From Octopus sinensis (Eukaryota): 64,000 nt of DNA. Shown here piece by piece: positions 54,311-64,000 of this stretch. The notes below the pieces were generated by a model. The model saw only the letters and a list, made by a program, of their open reading frames with translations. It was not told the origin of the DNA and did no database searches. The stretch covers positions 32,612,001-32,676,000 of the forward strand of contig NC_043013.1 in NCBI RefSeq assembly GCF_006345805.1, read 5' to 3'. The position numbers and the translations under genes were made by a program. How positions within the stretch are numbered: the stretch's first letter is position 1; each line of letters opens with the position of its first letter.

Positions 54311-54874
54311 TCAAATTCCATCAGAAATTTTGTGATACAAAACTCCTACTTTTAAGGGTTCATATTTCAATAAAAACCTTCCATTATAGTGTTATGCCAG
54401 GACATTTTTTGTAATGTTCCAAATGCTAGTAATAATAAGGAAAATAATGAATAAGTTATTTCGCTAAATTGCTCCAAATTCTTGATTATTTTCAAAATAA
54501 ATTAAAAAACAGAAGCAGTGTATTTTTGTTAGAAATATATTCAGAAAAAGGTGAAGGAAACTGAATGACAGATTTGAACAAAGATACCTATTGGTATTCA
54601 GTTACACCCACTTCAAGTTGTGATTTCAAATCCAGTCCAGGCCCACACTACCGATTATCCTTTCTAGAGTTGCGGCTTAACCCAAGAGTAATGATGTTAA
54701 GTTGATGAAAGATATAATCTCTCATAAGACACTAGTCTATTTCAGATGACTTCCCAGTAATCTGGTACCTATTCCCAACAACTAGATAAACTCAGGTTAC
54801 GTAGAATATGGTCCCAACTATGCAAACGTGAAAAACGGATGTTAAATGTTGATGACGTTGATGGTGATAGTGTT

Positions 54875-55065
54875 CAGCAGGCACTTGACTGGAACCCACA
54901 GGGGAAGTGAAAAGTGGGCTGACTAAAAGTCTTGGCGCAAGAGTGTCAACACAGAGGTGAGGGCAGCCGGAATGACATGGGCCAAGCTGAAGAGGATCCC
55001 CCCCAAACTGTGTCCGTTGGAAAAATGTTGTTGTACCCCAATGTTCCCTGAGGAATCAAGAGACC
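54875..55065 (+). mobile_element. RTE-clade LINE 3' end
   Basis: QQALDWNPQGK...WRKSVNTEVRAAGMTWAKLKR...VRW...CS is the canonical RTE ORF terminus, with a frameshift. Confidence 0.75.
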
Positions 55066-58000
55066 TGTGAGAGAGAGAGATTCCTAATTAACTTAGAATA
55101 ATCCACAAACTGTTCATGTTTGATGGTATATAGTGTGGTTGAGTATTCATGGTCAACTCTGCCTGAACATGGTCAATTGCAGCAGTGTGGTGAGGTGGAA
55201 TTAAGATAGAACTTCACTGATCCGAATGTTGTTCAAGTAGTGACTATGTACTTTTATTCTCCACTTCACAACCAAATTGTTAAGAGTTCAACACTACCAT
55301 ATGCCACCAGGGTTAAGTGTCTTTTTCCATAGATAAGCTGAATCCATAGCATATAAAATCTTTGAATTCCACAGAAGACTTCAGTTAAAAACCATCGTAA
55401 TTTTGCTTCCTGTATATTCCTCAGACTGAAGTATTTCACAGAATTTCAATAGTTCATAAAAACAATGAGCAAATTTCAAAGACAGTCATTGCTTCAAAAC
55501 TCAACTTCAATATTGAAATGAAAATTCATTCATTCATCTTTTCTGCCTACTACTTCTGGGAGAGTCATGGTGGTAGGGTCCTCACACACCACCTCTATGG
55601 GACCCTTTTACAATCAAGACATTCTGGATGGATTCTCAAGCACAAATACGAGACTATGGATATTCTCCAACCATCTTATTCATGATCTACTCCCAGGATT
55701 CCTGTAAGTCAGCTCAGCCTGAAGAATCCGTCTTGCAATTCTTTCCTGTAACATTCTAAAGCACCAAACAATTGTGGCCGCTGCCAGTCTCCCCTGGCAC
55801 CTGTGCCGGTGGCACGTAAAAAGCACCCACTACACTCACGGATGGTTGGCATTAGGAAGGGCATCCAGCTGTAGAAGCACTGCCAGATCAAACTGGAGCC
55901 TGGTGCAGCCTCCTGGCTTCCCAGACCCCGGTCAAACCGTCCAACCCGTGCTAGCACGGAAAACAGACGTTAAACGATGATGATGTCAGTAGTACTGGAG
56001 CTATGATCTCACAATGCAAAATAGTAATGGCTTGATTTGAAGAAGTTCCTGATCTCTGAGTTATGCACCCTACCCATATTCATGACAATAGGTGAGGACA
56101 GGCATGTAAACTCAATTGAAAATTTCTTACCTAATATTTAAAACTTTATATTAAATAAAATATATAGAACAAAAAACTTTGAATGGACTGAAAATCAAAT
56201 GAAGAGGAGTTATGGTTATTTTATGGACATAATGGCACCCAGATTAGTCTTCAACATGAAAATTCCAAGGACCATTTCTTAGGATTCAGAGACCTAGAAT
56301 GTTGAAGACAATTGTGCAGAACATTTAATTTATTATCACTGTTATAGAAGGAATGAAGGTGTATAGCTCAATGGTTAGAGGTAGTGAGGTGGATTCCTGG
56401 ACCAGGCTGTATTGTATTCTTGAGCAAGACGCTTTATTTCACTTTGCTCCAGTTCACTCAGCTGTAGAAATGAGTTGCAACATCACTGGTGCCAAGTGGT
56501 ATCAGCCTTTGTCTTTCCCTTGGATAACATCAGCGGTGTGGAGAGGCTGGTCTTCCATAAATAACCTTGCCCAGACTTGTGCCTTGGAGGGGTACTTTCT
56601 CGGTGCAATCCCATGGTCATTCATGACCAAATAGGAGTCTTTACTCTCTATAAAGTATAACCTAATATTTAAGCTTAAAAAAAAAATGTGTGTGTTGTAC
56701 ACAAATATTGTATATCTCCTAGATCTGAGTGAAACAGCAAACATTGATCTTTTTTTGAATCATAAGCAGTGATGAGGCTAGTACTAAATGTTTACATAGA
56801 GGTGCTGGTATAGCAAAGCATTGCTCCTCAACCACATGGTTTTGGGTGCAATGCTACTATGGCACCTTGGACAAGTGTCTTCCACTATAGCTTCTGGTCA
56901 ATCAATGCCCTGTGAATGAATGGCTTTAATAGACAAACTGAAGGAACTGTCCAACCTATGCCAGCATGGAAGTAGAAAAATTAAATGATGATGGTGATAT
57001 AGATATATGTGTATGTTGTGTTTACCCCCACTCCACCCAGCTTGATAACCGGTGTTGGTTTGTTTATGCCCCTGTAACTAAGAGCTTCAGAAAAAGAGAC
57101 TGACAACAGACACCTGATTTTGACAAACAAATAAGCACTGGGGTCGATTTGTTTGACTAAACCCTTTAAGGCGGTGCCCCAACATGGCCGCAGTCCAAAG
57201 ATTGAAACAAGGTGGGGAACAACATAGCTAGCCAAAAACTATCCCATCCGTTTCCACAGTTACTGTCTTTTAAATTTTTTTTAAAATTTTACATCAATGA
57301 AGTACATCAGTTGCAGTATTTATTGTTTTGATGGAGTCGATAAGAGCTGCTCCACAGAACAAAGAACTTTGAAATAGTCTGAAGATTAAGTTAATAAAAC
57401 TCCATAGAGTCAAAATTAGCTCAAATTTCCGGAGTTTCGGTGAAAGGGGGCACCGCGCAGGAACTGACGTAACCGTAAAAAATCTAAAATTTAGTCTGAC
57501 TGAAGTTATTGTAGAGAGGTACTTTAACTATGAAGTTTGGAGTGAAAATCTGAAGTGGTCATCGTATAAAAAGAAAAAAAAAGGGGGGGGGGATAACAAA
57601 TGCTATAATGTATGCCGTGTTTACTTACAGATGTGGGTACATATCCCACAAGCAGCTTCGACTTAACCAAATATTTACATGCTATTATTTAAAGCTTACC
57701 GGCTTCAAGACCCAAGGTTCCAAAAAGAATTAAATTTAAGAATGTTGATCTCGTGTGAAATGATTCTTTATATAATCAAATGCGTTCCAGCCCTGATCAA
57801 CCAATCTTTTTTTTTTCTTTTGTATAACTGAAATTATATTAACCGATGTGTCCTTCCTTTTTTGTTTTTTAATAGCCGATAGGGTAAGACTGAGGGAATT
57901 TCGGCAACTATTTCTGGCAAGTTGCATGATGATGCGGTCTAATTTTATTGGGGTGTGTGTGTGTGCTTTTCGTGCCATGAAAAGTTTGATATTCAAGTAT

Positions 58001-58749
58001 TTCTCACGAGCAATCATCAGTGAAGACAGCTGGTTAATTGTAGGAAAGGAACAAAGCTGTCCGAATAATTACTGGTATAGGTTCACATCAATCATCCCCA
58101 ATTACATTCACAAAAGCAAACATCGGTTTCTAACACGGAGATAAGACTATACCAGAGGGTTATCGATAGCCACCAGTTAAAACTGGTTCTTTTATTTTAT
58201 CGTTCCCAGAATGATGAAAGGTAAAGTCGATCTAGGAAGGATATGAAATCGGATAACAAAGAGCTCTAAATACGACAAGCACTTTGACGCTCTAATGATT
58301 TTGCTATTCCACCGCCCTCACAAAACTGCAATGATCACAATCCTTTCTACCATAGGCACAAGGCCTGAAATTTTGAAGGGGGGAACAGGCTAATCGATTT
58401 TATCAACCCCCACAGCTCGAATGGCCATTGATTTTATCGACCCCGCAATGGATAAAGGCGAAGTCGACTTCGGCAGAATTTGAACTCAGAACATAATTAA
58501 CAATAATATTTCTTAGTGTTATAAAACCACATACATACACACACATATATATATATAATTAGATGAGGGGAGAAATGTTATAAACAATTGAAACTCTCGA
58601 ATGCATCTCTGGTATTTACGAAAGCCGGGTTTGGCGACATGAAGGAAGTCTGTCTGTATGTAAACCGACCGGTGTTTTATCATTTATCAAAAAATGAATA
58701 ATAAAAATAACACGAGGATGAAATATTATAAAACAATATTTTAGCTTAC

Positions 58750-58924
58750 CGGCAAAACTGTTTGAAACGTCCAAGACACCTTGGCGATTCGATCCTAGCA
58801 ACACTCCACAGACTCGTTTGATGTTGCCACCTTTATCCATTCGGTTGAAATGATCAACAACACTGAGTAAGACCAAAGGGTGTACAACAACCTTGTTGAT
58901 GGCTTTCCCGTCGGCAGCAGGCAT
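58750..58924 (-). CDS. PSMD7: 26S proteasome non-ATPase regulatory subunit 7 (Rpn8), exon 1
   Basis: ATG at 58924; [58 protein letters not shown]; GTAAG donor; 175 nt. Confidence 0.97.
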
Positions 58925-59500
58925 CGTTGCAGGTGATAGTAATAATCAATTCAATACACAACAGTTTGATAATGAATAATTAATTAAATAATTTAAAAAA
59001 ACGGGACAAAACTAGAATAAATGAACGATGAAAGAGATGAAGAAAGTTAAGGACGGACGCCTCTGGAAGTTGAATCTTTACGAATTAATTTCAAAACGGT
59101 GTCGGATTTTCTCGTTGTTATAATCCCTGCTTTCGATATTCTTTCGCTTTTTCTTTTCTTGTTAATATCTTTGAACACCAGAAGAAGACCGAGAAACCCC
59201 CAAAATTATTAAAAAGTAATTAAATGTACCAGGAACGGCATGACTCAGGTACAAAAAAAATTCCCGGTTACTGGTATGCGCATGCGTACTGCCGATTAGT
59301 GAAGGAAGTAGAAATTGAATTGTCTCCCCTTACAAATTCGATTTATTCGTTTAATTTTACGAGACACCGATCTCTTTATCCGGCTTTCACATATCCGGAA
59401 ATTCCAAAATCCGGTTATACTTTGCGTGACAGTGTGTCCAGTATTAAATAAAAAGACACTGTTTTTGAAGTGAGTTAATTTGCATACGGCGTGTTAAAAA
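58925..59500 (-). promoter_or_regulatory. Probable PSMD7 5' UTR/promoter, CpG-enriched
   Basis: Directly upstream of the PSMD7 ATG, free of SINEs and CpG-richer than background. Contains TGACTCA (AP-1 type, 59241-59247) and TGCGCATGCGTA (NRF1-like, 59277-59288). Confidence 0.55.
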
Positions 59501-59899
59501 TAATTTTCGGATCGGATCTATTTCATCTCAATCACAGATATTTTAATTAATTTTTTTTGTAACTTAACAGTTTGAAACTTCGAATACTGGTAGAATATTT
59601 CTCACGTAGAACACGGTTTACTCTGAACGTTTTTGACAGTTTCGTATTTTAGAAGAATCTGTAAACAAAAATGCGCGGAAAGCAGCAAAGAGTGGGGAGT
59701 GGACTTCGGAAAATTCACAAGATCCGAGTTTTTCTCTCGTAACTGAGGAAAATATAATCCTTTTGAAATCACAAATTAAGCTTTTCCTCAGGAACTTGGA
59801 TGCTAAACATCCCTTTGAAGGGTTCGGGTACTTACTACTACTACTACTACTACACACATACACACACACATATGTATATATGTATGTATGTGTGTGTGT

Positions 59900-60102
59900 A
59901 CAAAAGATAAGCTTGAAGGGTACAGCCCATATACTACGGAAAACATTCTCCGTCTAAAACGGAATAAATTTGGTGATAATTTTAGCATGAATAGCAAAAC
60001 AAAAGTGTCCTTGGTACTCTTGGCCTCCGGAGGATGCCGGTACAAAGGCAGCTGAAATAAAGTTTTAATGAAAGGAAACCGTAAATAATAATAATAATAT
60101 TA
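59900..60102 (+). mobile_element. R4/Dong-like RLE LINE 3' end with (AAT)n tail
   Basis: QKISLKGTAHILRKTFSV* resembles the RLE-element terminal motif QK..LLGTA.ILRK.L, followed by a short UTR and aataataataat. Confidence 0.6.
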
Positions 60103-60449
60103 ATAGTGGTTAGAGCGTCGAACTTACAATCGTGAGGTTGTGAGATCGAATCTCGGACCGGGCTGCGTGTTGTGTTCTTGAGCAAGACACTTTATTTCAC
60201 GTTGCTCCAGTTCACTCAGCTGTAGAAATGAGTTGTGACGTCACAAGTGCCAAGCCGTATTGGCCTTTGCCTTTCCCTTGGATAACACTGGTGACGTGGA
60301 GAGGGGAGGCTGGTATGCATGGGCGACTACTGGCCTTCCATAAAATACCTTGCCCGGACTTGTGCTTGGGAGGGTAACTTTCTAGGTGCAATCCCATGGT
60401 CAGTCATGATCCATTCATGGTCCATAATAGTAATAATAGTAATAATAAA

Positions 60450-60990
60450 TGCCCTGATGCAGTACCAGGCAGTGGTTCTCATGGCTTCTGATCTTAACTG
60501 ATTGGAAGTGTTATTATGTACATTGTTTTGTCTTGGTACAGCAAAAATTCCACTCTATACCACAGATTTGCTTGACCATAACCAGTTGAGCAGTTGCTTG
60601 ACCATAACCAGTTGAGCATGTCTGGTAGTGGGGGAGCGTCATAGCCATATGTTGAGAGGAATTCTTTGGGATTTGAATAACTTTGGAAACATGAGTGTTT
60701 TGTTCATCATCCTTAATCAACCCTAATTCAGGGACTTTTTGAGCAGAATAAGCAACTCAACCTGAAGAAAATTCTAATTGGAAACTACCTGCAAAGTCAT
60801 GTGCTCTTTATCTTGATATGAGATCACCGTGTTACGCAGATATGGTTGGGATGCATGTGCCTGGTGTACCCTTAGACAGGTAGTCAGGATGAATATATTG
60901 GGCTTTGTATATTTGAACCCCAGTGTCACTTCGATGGCATGCACTACTCTCTCACTCAATAATAATAATAATAATAATGATAATAATAAT
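60450..60990. mobile_element. Unclassified interspersed element bounded by (AAT)n tracts
   Basis: Non-coding unique-looking body with an internal 27-bp tandem duplication (gcttgaccataaccagttgagca x2) and (AAT)n on both sides. Confidence 0.4.
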
Positions 60991-61515
60991 TTTATTTCTT
61001 TATTGTCCACAGGGGGATAAACATAGAGGGGATAAACAAGGACCGACAAAGGGATTAAGTTGATTACATCGACCCCAGTGTGTAACTGATACTTATTTAA
61101 TTGACCCCGAAAGGATGAAAGGCAAAGTTGACCTTGGCGGAATTTGAACTCAGAACATAACGGCAGACGAAACACCGCTAAGCATTTTGCCTGGCGTGCT
61201 AACGTTTCTGCCGATGATGATAATTGTATACAGTGCTTGAGTGCACTACAACACACCAAAAGACATCCCAAAGGTGCATGAGCAGTATACAGAATACATA
61301 GAATAATGTATTCTATATACACCTTGCCTCTGTTCGACCTCCAGCAGGTCGAGTAATCAGTAGATGCCCATCTCTTTCAATGTGCCAACATGTTTCTGCC
61401 TGGGCACATATTTGTATTGCCCACCATATAGCACACACCAACAGTGAATCTTTGTTGCTTTATATTTTTATACTTTTATTTCTTTCATGTCCCATGTTTT
61501 TGACATATATTCATT

Positions 61516-61720
61516 TACTCTTTTTTACTTGTTTCAGTCATTTGACTGCGGCCATGCTGGAGCACCGCCTTTAGTCGAGCAAATCGACCCTGGGACTTAT
61601 TCTCTGTAAGCCCAGTACTTATTCTATCGGTCTCTTTTGCCGAACCGCTAAGTGACAGGGACGTAAACACACCAGCATCGGTTGTCAAGCAATGCTAGGG
61701 GGACAAACATAGACACACAA

Positions 61721-61759
<39 letters not shown>

Positions 61760-61961
61760 CAACAGGCTTCTTTTAGTTTCCGTCTACCAAATCCACTCAC
61801 AAGGCATTGGTCGGCCCGAGGCTATAGCAGAAGACACTTGCCCAAGATGCCACACAGTGGGACTGAACCCGGAACCATGTGGTTGGTTAGCAAGCTACTT
61901 ACCACACAGCCACTCCTGCGCCTTTAAGCCACTCCTGCGCCTATAAGCCACTCCTGCGCCT
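61516..61961 (-). mobile_element. Young family A SINE with a triplicated 5' head
   Basis: CpG-rich near-consensus copy; gccactcctgcgcct at 61909, 61928 and 61947. Confidence 0.88.
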
Positions 61962-62538
61962 GTGTAATTTTTTTCTGCATACACACAAAATAACATTTCC
62001 AATATTGTTCGATCTCTGTGGCTTTCTCACTAGAAGTGGAGGTAGTGTAAAAATTAACACTTCCTTTTCCAAGCTTAAATTCGAAACTGAATCTAAGGAT
62101 TCTCGCTCATTCAAACCACCACGTTCAATAGGTGTGAAAAATGGTTTTCTTTTTCCTGTCAAAAAGTGATTGATCATCTCCCTTTCGCCTACGACCTCAA
62201 CCATGTCAGCCGAAGTTCAAATGGTCAGCAGCTGACCTAGTTAGGTACAAAATCTGCTGCAGCGTGTCTATCTTTCTAGCTGTCTCGTTTCTTATAAATA
62301 CCGGTTTTTTTAGCAGAGAAAAAAAGACAGATTTCCCACGACGCGACAGAGAGTGTCTCGACATGCAAGAGAAGAAAGTTATTGGATGCGACAACCAAAA
62401 GACCGCTAGTCTACATTCCGAGATGAACGAATGCACACACAGACACATAACAAAACATATTCAGTTCTAACACATCACCTCTACAAATGTGACCCTTTTT
62501 ACATATTGAACAACTCGTAGCAGTTGGAAACATTTATA

Positions 62539-63180
62539 TGTAGGGTGAAGTATGTATACTGACAACACAATTGAAATCTAGTCAATAAATTATTTGTAAC
62601 GATGAAGCGAAGTCATTCCTTTGTTTACTTCAAAGGCATACACATGCCTATTGCATCTATACACCTTTAAACACAACATTTAGCATTGACCACTACATTT
62701 GGTGACCCCTGGCAAAGAATTGCAGCCTTCCCTTGAACCAGCTTCACCAACAGAACTGCATTTGGAAAATGAAGACGTTTATGTACTGCAGTTGAATTTT
62801 CCATTTCAGCACTATGCTTTGTGATCCCGACGAAGAATCACAGCTTGCACATCACCTGACAACGAAACAGAACTGAGAATTCTTGCGAACACAATGGCTC
62901 TCCCAGAACAGAATCCAGTGGCGAACATATCTCCTAGCGATATGGCATTTCAAGCAGCAATTACGTTGAGAATTCCCCCATTCTGGACACATGACCCTGC
63001 ATTATTGTTTCACCATATAGAGGCCCAGTTTTCTTCTCACTGAGCTATGCATCTCGACTATCGCATGTAATCATTTCTTTATCGCCAGAGATCACGAACG
63101 TTGTCCGCGATCTCATTATGGCACCACCTGGTTCTGTGTTGTACGACACTTTTAAATCAACATTCATCAACAGAACTTAG
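62539..63180 (+). mobile_element. Gypsy LTR retrotransposon 5' remnant (LTR, PBS, broken gag)
   Basis: TGTAG...CTACA LTR at 62539-62697; TGGTGACCCC PBS at 62700-62709 (complement of the tRNA-Trp 3' end). gag ITLRIPPFWTHDPALLFHHIEAQF* / SLSPEITNVVRDLIMAPP...YDTFKS resembles the LKLPPFW.DP.LWF...EAQF motif. Confidence 0.8.
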
Positions 63181-63399
63181 GAGGGTGTACAGAAAGCATT
63201 GAATAAGAGTAGGATGGAGAAAGTTCAGAGAGCTATTACCTCTTTTTGCAACAAAAGGACTTACTCTCTTCAAGTGAAAGGTTGATTGTATGACGATTGT
63301 CTACAAACAGCAATGCTGCACAGTAATAAGACAAGGGCCTTGAATGTAGATCATATGTGAAGACTAGAACAGAAACGAAGCTCGTATGCTCTATTTTAC

Positions 63400-63585
63400 G
63401 TGCAGTGTCACAGTGCTTGTAGGAAAAAGGGCAAATGGGATTAGAGAAAAATTGGGCTTAAGAGGAATCAAGGGTTGTGTTCAAGAAAGAAGACTGCACT
63501 GGTGTGGACATGTAATGTGTATGAATGAAGACAGCCAATTGTTAAATGTTGGTGGGTTTTGTGAAAAAGGAAGACATATAGACAT
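63400..63585 (+). mobile_element. RTE-type LINE 3' fragment
   Basis: IREKLGLRGIKGCVQERRLHWCGHVMCMNEDS...GFCEKGR matches RRLRW.GHV.RM...GRP. Confidence 0.75.
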
Positions 63586-64000
63586 GGACACATACACACA
63601 CATGCATGTACATATGCATACACACATATATACACATACACATGCATACACACAGATAATCTCAGAAGACTAGCAATATTTATTGACTGTAGAAGTAACA
63701 TATTTATTTCTTCACTGGATCTCATTTTTGATAAAATGATACAGATTAAATTTTCACTTGATATCCATTCATGTGTTCTTTTAATTCATTACCATTATTA
63801 ATATAATTTTTATAATTATTTATACTTTTATTTTTGTTTCAGTGTGTAACAGTTCCATTTACCCCTATTAATATTTTACAATGTCAATATTGTTTCTTTA
63901 TAAACTAATCTATTTTGACAACCAATAATTCACATTCTTTATTTATTAGAAACTTAGAATAAAATAAAGCAATTCCTCTATCAGTCTTTTGTGGTCTTTT

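Noticed and set aside
55200-55320. Possible RTE RT motif (IKVHSHYLNNIRISE on -)
   Set aside because: Too degenerate to call; lacks the ADD core.
57940-58030. C/D snoRNA candidate (CTGATGA on the host strand) in PSMD7 intron 1
   Set aside because: No box D (CTGA) or terminal stem at a suitable distance.

Overview
AT-rich, SINE- and microsatellite-dense animal genomic DNA; the repeat landscape suggests a coleoid cephalopod, probably Octopus (inference). Two convergent spliced genes were reconstructed by hand, all introns GT-AG and in frame. (1) JAZF1 on +: six coding exons at 15928-25242. The first exon with zinc finger 1 was not found and is probably upstream of the window. The protein has an extra 146-aa Q/P/S/T/A-rich tail. 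(2) PSMD7 (Rpn8/Mov34) on -: complete, six coding exons at 58924-48946, 329 aa. The rest is several tRNA-derived or LINE-tailed SINE families; fragments of CR1, RTE, CRE, R4/Dong, Penelope and Gypsy retroelements; hAT and mariner non-autonomous elements; and mini/microsatellites, which explain most of the long ORFs in the track. I cannot support a wholly new biological system. Best leads: an in-frame read-through of the last PSMD7 intron that would give the Rpn8 MPN domain a two-helix hydrophobic tail; the JAZF1 polyQ extension; a 168-bp foldback with a CpG-decay signature; head-to-tail SINE chains joined by (ATT)n; and repeated minisatellite birth inside one SINE family. TE and SINE boundaries are approximate.
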